Origin: a virus
Virus record (IMG/VR): IMGVR_UViG_3300033553_000478
Span: 1-64,000 of that record
DNA: 64,000 nucleotides
Reading direction: 5' to 3' (one strand)
Shown here: in pieces, positions 46,908 through 56,487 of the stretch
How positions within the stretch are numbered: position 1 is the stretch's first letter
Layout of the letters: each line of letters starts with the position of its first letter
Notes under the pieces: generated by a model
The model's input: only the letters and a program-made list of their open reading frames with translations
What the model was told of the DNA's origin: nothing
The model's database searches: none
Made by a program: the position numbers and the translations under genes

Positions 46908-47682
46908 CTTGAAAGTTGATCCGTATTTAATAAACGGACAGCACAGAATAACTGTGCTCGTAGTGGGAGCTGGTGGAACTGGTGGAAAGGTACTTACCAA
47001 GCTTATAGCTTTACACGAAGCTTTGACAAGAATGGACCATCCTGGTCTATACGTTACAATGGTGGATCCTGACATAGTAGAGGATCACAATGTAGGCCGG
47101 CAATCAAATTTCAGTGCTGCAGATGTAGGCTACTACAAAGCTGATGCGCTGATTAGCAAAGTGAATGCCGCTTTCGGATATGATTGGGATTGTGAGAATG
47201 TACCATATAGCAATGCTCACGCTGCCAACATAGTATTTTCCTGTGTAGATAATGCTGAAGCCAGAGCCAAAATATTGGATGCATTTTTCAAAAGGCAGCA
47301 GATGTATGATACCAGGAAAGGCTTTTACATATTTGATTGCGGTAACGCCCGGGATTATGGCCAAGTCATTCTGACTGACCAGAAGCACACCCTGAAGCAT
47401 ATTGGTGATATTGTCCCGGATTGGGATAAGCAAGATACTGTAGAGCAGCAGGGAGAATCCTGTAGCTATGCTGAAAGCTTACGAAAGCAAGACCTATTCA
47501 TTAATGATTGGGTTGCTCTGTATGCAGTGAATCTCTTCAAAGAATTACTATTCAAAAAGGAGATTGATTACCAAGGAGTATTTTTCAATACTGCAGATTT
47601 TGATGCAGTTAAAATCAAGATTAACAATGGCAGTAAGAAACGGAGAAAGACTCGTAACAAATTGGTGGACCGAAAAAACTGA
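46900..47682 (+). CDS. PRTRC system ThiF/E1-like activating enzyme
   Basis: VVGAGGTGG, DPDIVEDHNVGRQ, SCVDN, DCGN..GQV, SCS.AESL..QDLFIN. Confidence 0.9.
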   Translation: MDSLKVDPYLINGQHRITVLVVGAGGTGGKVLTKLIALHEALTRMDHPGLYVTMVDPDIVEDHNVGRQSNFSAADVGYYKADALISKVNAAFGYDWDCENVPYSNAHAANIVFSCVDNAEARAKILDAFFKRQQMYDTRKGFYIFDCGNARDYGQVILTDQKHTLKHIGDIVPDWDKQDTVEQQGESCSYAESLRKQDLFINDWVALYAVNLFKELLFKKEIDYQGVFFNTADFDAVKIKINNGSKKRRKTRNKLVDRKN

Positions 47683-47836
47683 TTTGATCAATCCTGAAAT
47701 ATATGATAGGATTGATGGGAATGCAAGACGTAGAATTTATACAAGAATAGCCAAAGGAGAGTCCTTTGGAAATGAAACAGATGAAATCGATGGCTTTAAA
47801 TACGAATGCCATTGGTCTATTAGAAAATCGTAAACA

Positions 47837-48091
47837 ATGGCTGAAACATTGGAAGATTTGAAGAAGCTTAAACAAGAATATGTTGAAGCTGAGGCTCAGA
47901 AGATCGTTGATTATATGGTCAAAAGAGAGCTGATTGAAACTCAGGAACAAACTTGTGATCATAGAAATTGGGATACGAAGAAACATACTCACTTCCCCGA
48001 GATAGCTGAAAGACTTAGGAAAGAATATGGGTTGCTGGTACTCAGCAAAGTTCGCCACGGCGTAACTGAATGGGATATAAGAATTAGATAA
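47837..48091 (+). CDS. hypothetical protein
   Basis: Coupled to dnaB. Confidence 0.5.
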   Translation: MAETLEDLKKLKQEYVEAEAQKIVDYMVKRELIETQEQTCDHRNWDTKKHTHFPEIAERLRKEYGLLVLSKVRHGVTEWDIRIR

Positions 48092-49545
48092 TGGATGCAG
48101 AAAATGAGGAATTTCAAATACCGCCACCACCGGTAGATATTCCTAAACCCCCACTTCCGGAAATAATATATCGGAAGGATCCTGAATATCCACCGCTTGA
48201 CAAAGGCAAAATACCGCCTCAAGCGGTAGACTTAGAGGAAGTGGTAATTGGAGCTCTTATGATTGACAAGCGGGCAGCGCCCGAGATAATGGGGTTTATG
48301 ACTCCAGATGTTTTCTATAAGAATGCACACCAAAATGCTTTTCAAGCCATACAGACCTTGTACGAGAAGGAATTACCCATCGACTTACTTACAGTCGTTG
48401 AGGAACTAAGACGTACAGGGAAGCTTGCTATTGTAGGTGGAGAGTATTATTTGATACAGCTTACTCAAAAGGTAAGTTCTGCAGCTCATATAGAATTTCA
48501 TTCTCGAATTATTTTACAGAAGTATGTACTTCGTAGAATGATACAGCTGGGAAATGTAGTCATTGAAGAAGCTTACAATCAAGATCCGGACATATTCGAT
48601 CTGATGGATAAGTTTGAAAATGATGTGCTGGATATTTCCAATACTGCCCAGAAAGGCAAAAAGGAATCCGGCCCTGCAGATCCTGGAGAGGAACTTCGAG
48701 AAAAGGTTAGACTTAAGAGAGAAGGAAAGACAATTGGATATCCTTCGGGAATTGAAGAGTTCGATAATTGGGCGGGTGGCTTCCTGAAAAGGTGGCTTTT
48801 CATATTGGGAGCCCGACCAGGTATGGGAAAGACTTCATTCATTGTTGCAGTCATATATCACTTAGCTTTCGAGAGAGGTGTAAAGGTTGCATTCTTTTCC
48901 CTTGAAATGGCAGCTATCGATATTAAGTATCGATTAGCTGCCAGGATCCTCGATATTCCATTCAGTAGAATAAATCTTGGAGAGCTCACAGATGAAGAAC
49001 TTGAAGAGGTAACTGAGATAGTATCAAAAATTGAGGACTATGGAATCAACATAATTGACAACGTAAGGAACCTCAGCAAGATTACTGTTGAAACCAAGAA
49101 GCTGAAAGAAGAAGGTTTTGAAATCTTCTTTTTGGATTATTTACAGCTGGTAGAGATATCCGGAACTTCCAAGGATTTAACTGGAGAGATGGTGATCATT
49201 ACCAGAACATTCAAATCACTTAAAAACGATTTAAACATTCCGTTCATTGCGCTATCACAGATTGACAGAATAGTGGATAAGCGGCCCGGTCATAGACCAT
49301 TAATTTCAGATCTTAAACAGGCAAGTTCTATAGAGCAGGATGCTGATATAGTAGCTTTCATTGTGAGGCCAGAGTATTATAATGAGAATAAAAGCAAGAT
49401 ACCTTTGCCACCAGGCAAACCGAATCCTGAATTTATTGCTCAGTTTATTATTGCAAAAGGAAGGAGTACCGGACTGAAAGATTTTGATATATATCTGGAT
49501 CTTTCAAAATTTATTTTGAAATCTGGTCATTCAGTACCTTTTTAA
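48091..49545 (+). CDS. dnaB: replicative DNA helicase DnaB
   Basis: GKIPPQAVDLEE N-domain, GARPGMGKT, FSLEM, DYLQL, ALSQ, SIEQDAD. Confidence 0.95.
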   Translation: MDAENEEFQIPPPPVDIPKPPLPEIIYRKDPEYPPLDKGKIPPQAVDLEEVVIGALMIDKRAAPEIMGFMTPDVFYKNAHQNAFQAIQTLYEKELPIDLLTVVEELRRTGKLAIVGGEYYLIQLTQKVSSAAHIEFHSRIILQKYVLRRMIQLGNVVIEEAYNQDPDIFDLMDKFENDVLDISNTAQKGKKESGPADPGEELREKVRLKREGKTIGYPSGIEEFDNWAGGFLKRWLFILGARPGMGKTSFIVAVIYHLAFERGVKVAFFSLEMAAIDIKYRLAARILDIPFSRINLGELTDEELEEVTEIVSKIEDYGINIIDNVRNLSKITVETKKLKEEGFEIFFLDYLQLVEISGTSKDLTGEMVIITRTFKSLKNDLNIPFIALSQIDRIVDKRPGHRPLISDLKQASSIEQDADIVAFIVRPEYYNENKSKIPLPPGKPNPEFIAQFIIAKGRSTGLKDFDIYLDLSKFILKSGHSVPF

Positions 49546-49548
49546 TTT

Positions 49549-49556
49549 TATATTTG
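49549..49556 (+). promoter_or_regulatory. Bacteroidota -7 element upstream of the HU-SSB operon
   Basis: TATATTTG in the intergenic gap. Confidence 0.6.
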
Positions 49557-49589
49557 TTAACGATAAATACATCTACAAAGTATAAAATT

Positions 49590-49877
49590 ATGGTCAAAAA
49601 ACAATTAGTATCTGAAGTCGCAAAGCAATCAGGTGTTAGTAAAAAGGACACTGCCCTGGTCATTGATACAATGATCGAAACAATTAAGAGGCAATTATTG
49701 ATTGGAGTGAATGTCAAAATAACTGACTTCATAGACTTCAAGAGAGAAATTTCCCCGGAGAGAAAAGGCTTCAACCCGAACACTAAGGAAGAAATAATCA
49801 TTCCTAAAAAGTGGAGGGTGAAGGTTACTCTTCCGAAAGCTTTCGTTGAAAAGATTAAGGCAAAACCTATTCACTAA
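49590..49877 (+). CDS. HU/IHF-like DNA-binding protein
   Basis: MVKKQLVSEVAKQSGVSKKD...RKGFNPNTKEEIIIP. Confidence 0.9.
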   Translation: MVKKQLVSEVAKQSGVSKKDTALVIDTMIETIKRQLLIGVNVKITDFIDFKREISPERKGFNPNTKEEIIIPKKWRVKVTLPKAFVEKIKAKPIH

Positions 49878-50161
49878 TGAAAGCAGCAAGGAAGTACATA
49901 TTTAGAAATCCTCTTAAAAATATTTCAAGGGAGAGTATAGATCAGTACTTGCACACGAATGTATTCAGCACGCCTGAATTTGGCATTCACGTTAAACAAG
50001 TTGCGTTAAACCTCAGACTCGACGATCGTATTGTGAGGGATGTTCTCATAAGCTATTTCAGCAATGTGATGTACATTATCAATACCGTCAGGAAATTAAG
50101 AACCAAAATCAACATCTATGGTTTCTTTTCCATTATAGTGGAAAAGGGAGATAGGTACTAA
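49877..50161 (+). CDS. truncated/divergent HU/IHF-like protein
   Basis: VKQVALNLRLD...V..V.....KINIYGFFS. Confidence 0.5.
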   Translation: MKAARKYIFRNPLKNISRESIDQYLHTNVFSTPEFGIHVKQVALNLRLDDRIVRDVLISYFSNVMYIINTVRKLRTKINIYGFFSIIVEKGDRY

Positions 50162-50173
50162 TTCATTTTTATT

Positions 50174-51214
50174 ATGGAAAATTTTCAATTTACCGCCCCG
50201 GTTGGAGGCGACAGCAAGAGAATTGATGATGTTGCATTAATCCCTTCAGGGATGCGACTTTGTACGTTCTATGGACTTGCAGATCTTGGTACCCAAGACA
50301 GTAAAAACTTTGGGCCAAAACACAGATGCCAGCTGGCATTTGAATTCCCTCAAGAATTGAGGATATTTTATGAAGGTGATATTCATAAGCCTTCAGTGAT
50401 CTGGAGTGAGGAAACTTTCTCAATGGCACCAAAAGCCAATTTGAGAAAGCATTACGTTCACGGTATGCTTGGCCGTAATCTTAGTGATGAAGAAGCGGCG
50501 AAATTCAACATAGCTTCCCTATTAGGAAAGCCATTTGTTGCCACCATTTCTCATACTGCAGATGGTAAGTATGCGAACATCACTTCTATTACTCCATTGA
50601 GTGATCAGAACAGATTGATGTTTGGATTGCAGGATATGAATGTACCTGTGATCAATGATATCTTTGCATATCATATGAGCCAGGGCTTTATTAGTGAGAA
50701 CTTCAAGAAGCTTCCAAAATTCATTAGAGAAAAAATAAAAAACTCTGAGGAAGGTGAAGCTCACAAAAAGTCTGGAGGAACATTCCTTGAACCGGATCCA
50801 AGTGATTTCAAAAATGCTGGCAAAAAACTTAAGATGCTGCCTAATGCAGAGTTCACATACGAACAGTATAAAGCAGCAGAGTGGACTGACCAGATGTTGG
50901 TTGATAACGGTAAAGCAGTATGGGAAGCTCCCGTTGCTCCACCAGCTCCGGTAGGTGCACCAGCAGCTCCACAGGCACCAATCGCCCCAGCTGCTCCGGT
51001 TGCTCCACAAGCAATGCCAGCTGCACCGTCAGCAATACCACCTGCAATGCCAGCTGCTACACCGCCAGCTCCCGCATTGAATCCTCAGGACACCAATGGT
51101 AGAATTACCCTTGTACCTGAATGGAGAGGGAAGCAGTCTGTTGCTGAATGGTTAGCTTCAGGATGGACTGAGGAAGCAATGTTAGCCAAGGGCTACGCTG
51201 TTCCAGTAAAGTAG
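50174..51214 (+). CDS. SSB-like OB-fold protein (short form; extended to 51348 by a predicted -1 frameshift)
   Basis: G...C..YGLADLGTQ, FEFP, KANLRK, LLGKP, YANI; two YEQY/W..GW-type C-terminal repeats; DDLPF tail lies in the -1 frame. Confidence 0.75.
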   Translation: MENFQFTAPVGGDSKRIDDVALIPSGMRLCTFYGLADLGTQDSKNFGPKHRCQLAFEFPQELRIFYEGDIHKPSVIWSEETFSMAPKANLRKHYVHGMLGRNLSDEEAAKFNIASLLGKPFVATISHTADGKYANITSITPLSDQNRLMFGLQDMNVPVINDIFAYHMSQGFISENFKKLPKFIREKIKNSEEGEAHKKSGGTFLEPDPSDFKNAGKKLKMLPNAEFTYEQYKAAEWTDQMLVDNGKAVWEAPVAPPAPVGAPAAPQAPIAPAAPVAPQAMPAAPSAIPPAMPAATPPAPALNPQDTNGRITLVPEWRGKQSVAEWLASGWTEEAMLAKGYAVPVK

Positions 51215-51267
51215 AAGGAGTAGGGGAATCAACTCAGCAGCCTACTGCTCCACCCGCACCAGCTGAG
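51206..51267 (+). other. predicted -1 ribosomal frameshift signal (GTA-AAG-TAG plus H-type pseudoknot)
   Basis: Stem 1 AGTAGG(51219-24)/CCTACT(51241-46); stem 2 CTCAGC(51233-38)/GCTGAG(51262-67). Confidence 0.7.
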
Positions 51268-51347
51268 AAAATTGAAGATCAATTTCCTGCTAACTTCAGC
51301 GTGGCTCAAGACGAGCCAGATGAAGAGCACGATGATCTTCCATTCTA

Positions 51348-51692
51348 ATGCACCAGTTTATTTGTAAGGCGAAGTCCGGAGAGCCAATCCCGACTTCGCC
51401 TAATAAACTGGAACTTCTGAAAAAGCTTTTAGATCATTATGAGAAAACAAATATGTCTTTCAAGTTATCGATCGAACCTATTCAGAAGAATATAAATGAA
51501 CAGCAGGAATCTTTATACAAGGCGTTCATTTTAAAAGCAGCAAATCATTTTGGCAACACCTTCCCAGAAATGGAAAACATACTTCGAAATTTAATGCCGG
51601 AAGGTCCCAGAGAAAGGTGGAGCACTAATCAATTAGATGATTTTATAACCAAGTCCACTGCCTATTTAGGGCAGCACGGATTTCATTTTTAA
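51348..51692 (+). CDS. NinB-like recombination-associated protein
   Basis: NEQQESLY...AANHFGN pattern; follows the SSB-like gene. Confidence 0.45.
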   Translation: MHQFICKAKSGEPIPTSPNKLELLKKLLDHYEKTNMSFKLSIEPIQKNINEQQESLYKAFILKAANHFGNTFPEMENILRNLMPEGPRERWSTNQLDDFITKSTAYLGQHGFHF

Positions 51693-51855
51693 TTTATGAT
51701 ATACTTAATAATGGCGCAGATCTGTAGGATCGGAGTCGTATGGACAACGAGTATGGTTTTCCGAAAAATATTTCGGACAGCTGCTATTTCATTTGTCGGT
51801 ATGTACCTGGTTGAAAGAGTTCACCGTCAACAAAAAAGAGAGCAACAATATATAG

Positions 51856-53217
51856 ATGGAGACAGCAGCAGACATAGACTTAACTAAAAGTCAGGAACAG
51901 CTTTTACCAAAATTTAAAGCGTTCCTTGACGGTCCTGAGAAATTCTTTCTCTTGACCGGCAAGCCTGGTGTTGGAAAAACATTCATAACCAAATTACTTC
52001 TGAAAGCATACATAGATGCTGATAGGGAGAATGGAGGTCACGGAATGGATATTAACGTTGCAGGGATTTGTTTAGCACACCAAGCCAAGAATGTACTTGG
52101 TGTGCACATCCCGCGCGTTTTTACTTTCGCTAAGGCGTATGGATTGAAGGAGCATACCGATGATTATACTGGAAAAAGGACATTCGTTTACGATAAATTC
52201 CACGATGGAGTTATTATAGGCGACCAGCCAATACCGGTATTTGTTCACGATGAAGTTTCTCAATATACCGAAGAGATGCTGGAGATTGTGTTCTCACGAA
52301 CATCAATGTTTAGTAAGATCATATTTATTGGAGATAGGGCACAGCTCCCGCCAATCGATCCTGAAAATAAATTAGGAAAGGATGCGGACTCCCCAATATT
52401 TATGTATGATATACCAGATAACTGTAAGCACGAACTTACGGAGAGGGTAAGACAGGAGGAAGGAAATAAGATCCTGCAGCTTTCAGATGTAATCCGGGAA
52501 GAGATATTCGGACTCCAGAGAGTCGGTCTTGTGCGTGAAGCTATGGCTAAGCCTCAAATGGAGGGAGGAATGGGATATGATTGGGTAACCAAGAGTGAAC
52601 TGATGTTCGATTTAGAACGAAGGAATGTACTTGATACCAAAGTGATCGCTCATACAAATGATGCGGTTAACAGGCACAATCCTGATATAAGGAATTTCCT
52701 TATGCAGAATCCGGATAATTTCTTAGTTGAAGATGATATTGTAGCAATGACAGATAGCTTCTATAGTATGGATGAATTTGGATTTGTGAAGTATGTACTT
52801 TTTAATTCAGAGGTATTCAGAATAAAGGAGATCTACACTACTGTAATTCAGTATGAGGCATTCAGTAAAAAATATAAGATTGATGCTATGGTAGCCAATA
52901 TCGAGAATAAGGTAGGACAATTCATTATTCCTTCGGAGTATGGCTATGAATTACTGCAGGAGTATTTGAGAGAGATTGCAGATGCCTGTAAATCTCATAG
53001 GAACTGGGGGCCGTTCTGGGACTTCAGGAAGAAGTTCTGTGAATGGACTTACGGTTATGCCACAACTTGCTACAAAGCGCAGGGAGGCACGTATGAGACT
53101 GTTTATGTAGATGTGAATGATATATTCGGCTGTAGGCCATTATCACGTAAGAGGCAACTGCAGACAGTTTACACCGCTATTACCAGAGCGAAGAAAGATG
53201 TTTACTTTATAAAGTAA
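51856..53217 (+). CDS. SF1 helicase, Dda/RecD-like
   Basis: LTGKPGVGKT, HDEVS, IGDRAQLPPI, LTERVRQ, KAQGGT, YTAITRAK. Confidence 0.9.
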   Translation: METAADIDLTKSQEQLLPKFKAFLDGPEKFFLLTGKPGVGKTFITKLLLKAYIDADRENGGHGMDINVAGICLAHQAKNVLGVHIPRVFTFAKAYGLKEHTDDYTGKRTFVYDKFHDGVIIGDQPIPVFVHDEVSQYTEEMLEIVFSRTSMFSKIIFIGDRAQLPPIDPENKLGKDADSPIFMYDIPDNCKHELTERVRQEEGNKILQLSDVIREEIFGLQRVGLVREAMAKPQMEGGMGYDWVTKSELMFDLERRNVLDTKVIAHTNDAVNRHNPDIRNFLMQNPDNFLVEDDIVAMTDSFYSMDEFGFVKYVLFNSEVFRIKEIYTTVIQYEAFSKKYKIDAMVANIENKVGQFIIPSEYGYELLQEYLREIADACKSHRNWGPFWDFRKKFCEWTYGYATTCYKAQGGTYETVYVDVNDIFGCRPLSRKRQLQTVYTAITRAKKDVYFIK

Positions 53218-53373
53218 TATTATGAGAGATAATATTTATTACCGATGGTTCAAAAAAAGTCTTAGGGATGATCAAGAAAAAGATTATCGAGAAATGAGTA
53301 TCAATCAACAAAAAGATTGGTATATCTCATATTTAGAAGAACATTTTGATGCCAAGAAAATAAAATCTTAACT

Positions 53374-53595
53374 ATGGCATATTCAACTTCAGGTGAAACC
53401 TTCCACTTTATATGTAAAGTGGAAGACACCATTAACGATAATCGCATTGTGGCCAATCCATATTGTGATGTTAGAACCCGCAGGCAAGCGGAGATAGAAT
53501 TTCGGAGAATGCCCCAGGTAAAGAAATACCTTGGAAACCCGAGATACAGGATTTCCTTCAGGGAAAATTCAGTATTAATTCAAGACAAAGAGTAA
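53374..53595 (+). CDS. hypothetical protein
   Basis: Coupled to the exonuclease gene. Confidence 0.5.
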   Translation: MAYSTSGETFHFICKVEDTINDNRIVANPYCDVRTRRQAEIEFRRMPQVKKYLGNPRYRISFRENSVLIQDKE

Positions 53596-54452
53596 TGGAA
53601 ATAGTACCATTTATAGCGCCATCATATCACGATGAGCATTTCGCTACGAAACGCTTTCCGAATAAGGTTGCGCTAATCGACGCAGACCGTTACAAGCACG
53701 TTGTAACGTATAGAGTATTTCAAGAATTAGAAAAAGGAAGGGAGCACGGTAAGGAGCTGTTAGATGAATTGATCAGCGAGTACCTGCATACCGATATCTT
53801 TTCCAAGTTTGAGGCTAAAGCATACATATTCTGCTTTTCCTCACCTTCAAAAGATGTATTCCGGAACTTTATAACTCAGGAGAAAGAGTATAAGGGAAAC
53901 CGGAAAGGCCGTGATGATGCTTACTTCTACGAAGGGAAGTATCAGGATATGGCTTATGTTTTCAAATATTGTGAAAGCAGATATCCAACTTTGAACTTTT
54001 CAGATTTGGAAGCAGATGATATTTTATCGATGCTGCAGGATCCTGAAGATACATTCATTTTCTCTCACGATAAGGATTTGAAACAGGTGGTAGGATTTCA
54101 TTATAATATGAACCGCCATATGTTAGAGTATACCTCGGAAAGTGAAGGGTTCTGTATGTTACTGAACCAGATGCTCACCGGAGATAGCACAGACAACATA
54201 CCTGGTCTTGCTGGCTTCGGTCCTAAAGCTTTGGAGAAGTTTCAGGAGAAGTGTACCAATATGGGAGATATGGAGCGCCTGATTATGTGCATCAAGGAGT
54301 ATGTAGATAAAAAGGGTATCCTTCACGGAATGGATGTGTTTGCAGAAATGTGGACTCTTTTATCAATGAGATTGAATCGCGGAGAATATTGCCAGCTTAA
54401 ATATAAGAAGGGCTTTGATCTGGTGCGATCATTCATAGAAAGGGAAGAGTAA
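53595..54452 (+). CDS. 5'-3' exonuclease / flap endonuclease (T7 gp6-like)
   Basis: LIDAD, YKGNRK, EADD, DKDLKQ, GDSTDNIPG..GFGPK. Confidence 0.92.
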   Translation: MEIVPFIAPSYHDEHFATKRFPNKVALIDADRYKHVVTYRVFQELEKGREHGKELLDELISEYLHTDIFSKFEAKAYIFCFSSPSKDVFRNFITQEKEYKGNRKGRDDAYFYEGKYQDMAYVFKYCESRYPTLNFSDLEADDILSMLQDPEDTFIFSHDKDLKQVVGFHYNMNRHMLEYTSESEGFCMLLNQMLTGDSTDNIPGLAGFGPKALEKFQEKCTNMGDMERLIMCIKEYVDKKGILHGMDVFAEMWTLLSMRLNRGEYCQLKYKKGFDLVRSFIEREE

Positions 54453-54712
54453 TGGAGCAAGCGGAATTCAGAATGTTAGATGCATACAAGATCTTTCCTT
54501 TCTATCCGGATAGAGTTTTACTCTCGCCTCTTTATGATGATTTCAGTGGCAAATATGCTATGATGATCAATGAGATGCTTCCGAGTGGTAGACCAGGACA
54601 AACATTATTCGCTACCACAAAAGCCGTATTTGATAATGAAGAACAGGCAGTATTTTCAACATCGAAAATGCTGAAAATGACAATGCAAGTTGTAAAAATA
54701 TCTATGAACTAA
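54452..54712 (+). CDS. hypothetical protein
   Basis: Coupled ORF. Confidence 0.5.
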   Translation: MEQAEFRMLDAYKIFPFYPDRVLLSPLYDDFSGKYAMMINEMLPSGRPGQTLFATTKAVFDNEEQAVFSTSKMLKMTMQVVKISMN

Positions 54713-55623
54713 TGGAATTAGATTTTGAAAAATATGGACAGCAGTTAACCGTCCTGTCCTTTGGAGCAGGACAGGACAGTACCGCAATACTTGTGCGTAT
54801 AATTGAAGATGCTCGCTTTAAAAGAGATTATGTGGTAGGTCAACTTATAGTTGTATTTGCCGATACCAAGAATGAGCACGCTCATACCTATGCTTATATC
54901 AGCTACATAAAGATGATTTGCAAGGTGGCTAAAATACCATTCGTTGTGGTAGAGCCTGAGAAGTGGGCAGGAGGAAAATGGAAGCAAGGTCTGGTTGGGT
55001 TCTGGAAGCAAAATAAAGCTGTAGGATCCAAAGCCTTTCCAAAAACCTGTACTGATCAATTAAAGATTAGGCCAATTTATAAGTGGCTGGAAGAGTTCAT
55101 TCATATCACTTTTGAAACCAAGAGTGTTGGGAAGAAGAAAGCTTTTTACGAGTACTTCTATAAATATGGAAAAGTTCGCGTACTGATCGGTATAGCATCC
55201 GGAGAGGAAAGCAGAGCTTCAAATGAACCTACCGGAATGAAATGGTTCGATGAGTGTGTTGAGAAGATCTACCCACTTATAGAGCAGAAAATGGATAGGG
55301 AAGCTTGTCAGCAGACAATTAACGCGTATGGGTATGTAGTGCCGAAACCGTCAAATTGTATGTTCTGCCCATTCCTATCGCTTCAGGAGTTACTTTATTT
55401 ATCAATGAAGGATCCCGGAGCATTTTTAGAATGGGTTGAAATAGAAGCTGAGAAGCTGAAAAACAATGAGCATAAAGGAGAAAAGAATCTTACAGTCTGG
55501 GGAACCAGAAAGACTCTTCCTGAAATGCGTGAGATAGCAATGGAAAAATATGGCCATTGGACTATGGAACAATTAGAAGAATATAAAATGTCACATGGAC
55601 ATTGTGTAAAAAGTAAATACTAA
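54712..55623 (+). CDS. PAPS-reductase/PP-loop family protein with Cys cluster
   Basis: LSFGAGQDS, FADTKNE, CTDQLKIRP, YPL, SNCMFCPF. Confidence 0.85.
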   Translation: MELDFEKYGQQLTVLSFGAGQDSTAILVRIIEDARFKRDYVVGQLIVVFADTKNEHAHTYAYISYIKMICKVAKIPFVVVEPEKWAGGKWKQGLVGFWKQNKAVGSKAFPKTCTDQLKIRPIYKWLEEFIHITFETKSVGKKKAFYEYFYKYGKVRVLIGIASGEESRASNEPTGMKWFDECVEKIYPLIEQKMDREACQQTINAYGYVVPKPSNCMFCPFLSLQELLYLSMKDPGAFLEWVEIEAEKLKNNEHKGEKNLTVWGTRKTLPEMREIAMEKYGHWTMEQLEEYKMSHGHCVKSKY

Positions 55624-55793
55624 TTATGTCAAGATACAAAACCACAAAAGTCTTTAAAAAGACTGGTTACCGTAAAACCATTGAAACAGGACTCACTAAA
55701 GATGAGGCACAAAAAGCTGTAGACAAAGACCTTGAGAATAATCCCAAGGCTCTTAGATATATGCTTGTTTATGACGAACAATAATTAACACTT

Positions 55794-56030
55794 ATGGAAG
55801 TAATATTGAATATACTTTGGTTTGGCTCAATAGGATTACTCTTTTTGGGTGGATTGAGATTGGTTTTAATTGCCTTGGCCAAAGCATCATATAAAGGATC
55901 CAGAGAAGAAATGTTTCATTTAATGCAAGGGAAACGTCGGAATTTTATAAAGTCGACTTCCAATTCTTTATGGATGATCGCTGTAGGAGGTTTAGTGCTT
56001 TTGGCATTTGCTATTTCTAATGGGTTTTGA
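55794..56030 (+). CDS. small membrane protein
   Basis: Two hydrophobic segments. Confidence 0.5.
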   Translation: MEVILNILWFGSIGLLFLGGLRLVLIALAKASYKGSREEMFHLMQGKRRNFIKSTSNSLWMIAVGGLVLLAFAISNGF

Positions 56031-56487
56031 ATTACCAGATAAAGTATTCTATTTCGCTATAAAAGCTCACTCTAAATATAGAGCGCTTCCGCCGGATGAA
56101 TTTTATCTATGGGAAGATGCAAACCCTGAAAGGTTTTTTCGCTGGATGTGGTACTTTAAATATAGAGCTGCATTACTCACTGTGAAATATCCAAGAGGAA
56201 CCATTATCGTAGACCAGGGAAGTAGACAGCCTAAATGCGAAGAAGAAGTGAACTTTATTGCAATCACTAAGCTCAGAAATAGAGTGAGAGCGAAGAAAGG
56301 GAAAATTACAGAGTACCGGAATAAGATAAAGCAATTTGAAGAAGGCTGGAAGGAAAGGTACCCGATAGCCGGATTGGTCCCTATCGATAACGATGAGGGA
56401 TATAATAATGCCAGAGAAAAAGTATTTCGCCTGCAGGGAGAATTACTATCGATGGAGCACGAACTTAAAATTTTAGAAGATGAGTGA
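56008..56487 (+). CDS. hypothetical protein
   Basis: RWMWYFKYRAAL motif and coiled coil; true start probably at MGFELPD. Confidence 0.55.
   Translation: MLFLMGFELPDKVFYFAIKAHSKYRALPPDEFYLWEDANPERFFRWMWYFKYRAALLTVKYPRGTIIVDQGSRQPKCEEEVNFIAITKLRNRVRAKKGKITEYRNKIKQFEEGWKERYPIAGLVPIDNDEGYNNAREKVFRLQGELLSMEHELKILEDE

Noticed and set aside
46900-47682. ThiF as a thiamine/molybdopterin biosynthesis auxiliary gene
   Set aside because: No thiS/thiG/moa genes are present, the CxxC zinc motifs are absent, and the neighbours are PRTRC E2 and Ubl genes.
51212-51348. TAG read-through of the SSB-like gene
   Set aside because: The same frame meets another TAG three codons later; the meaningful DDLPF tail is in the -1 frame.
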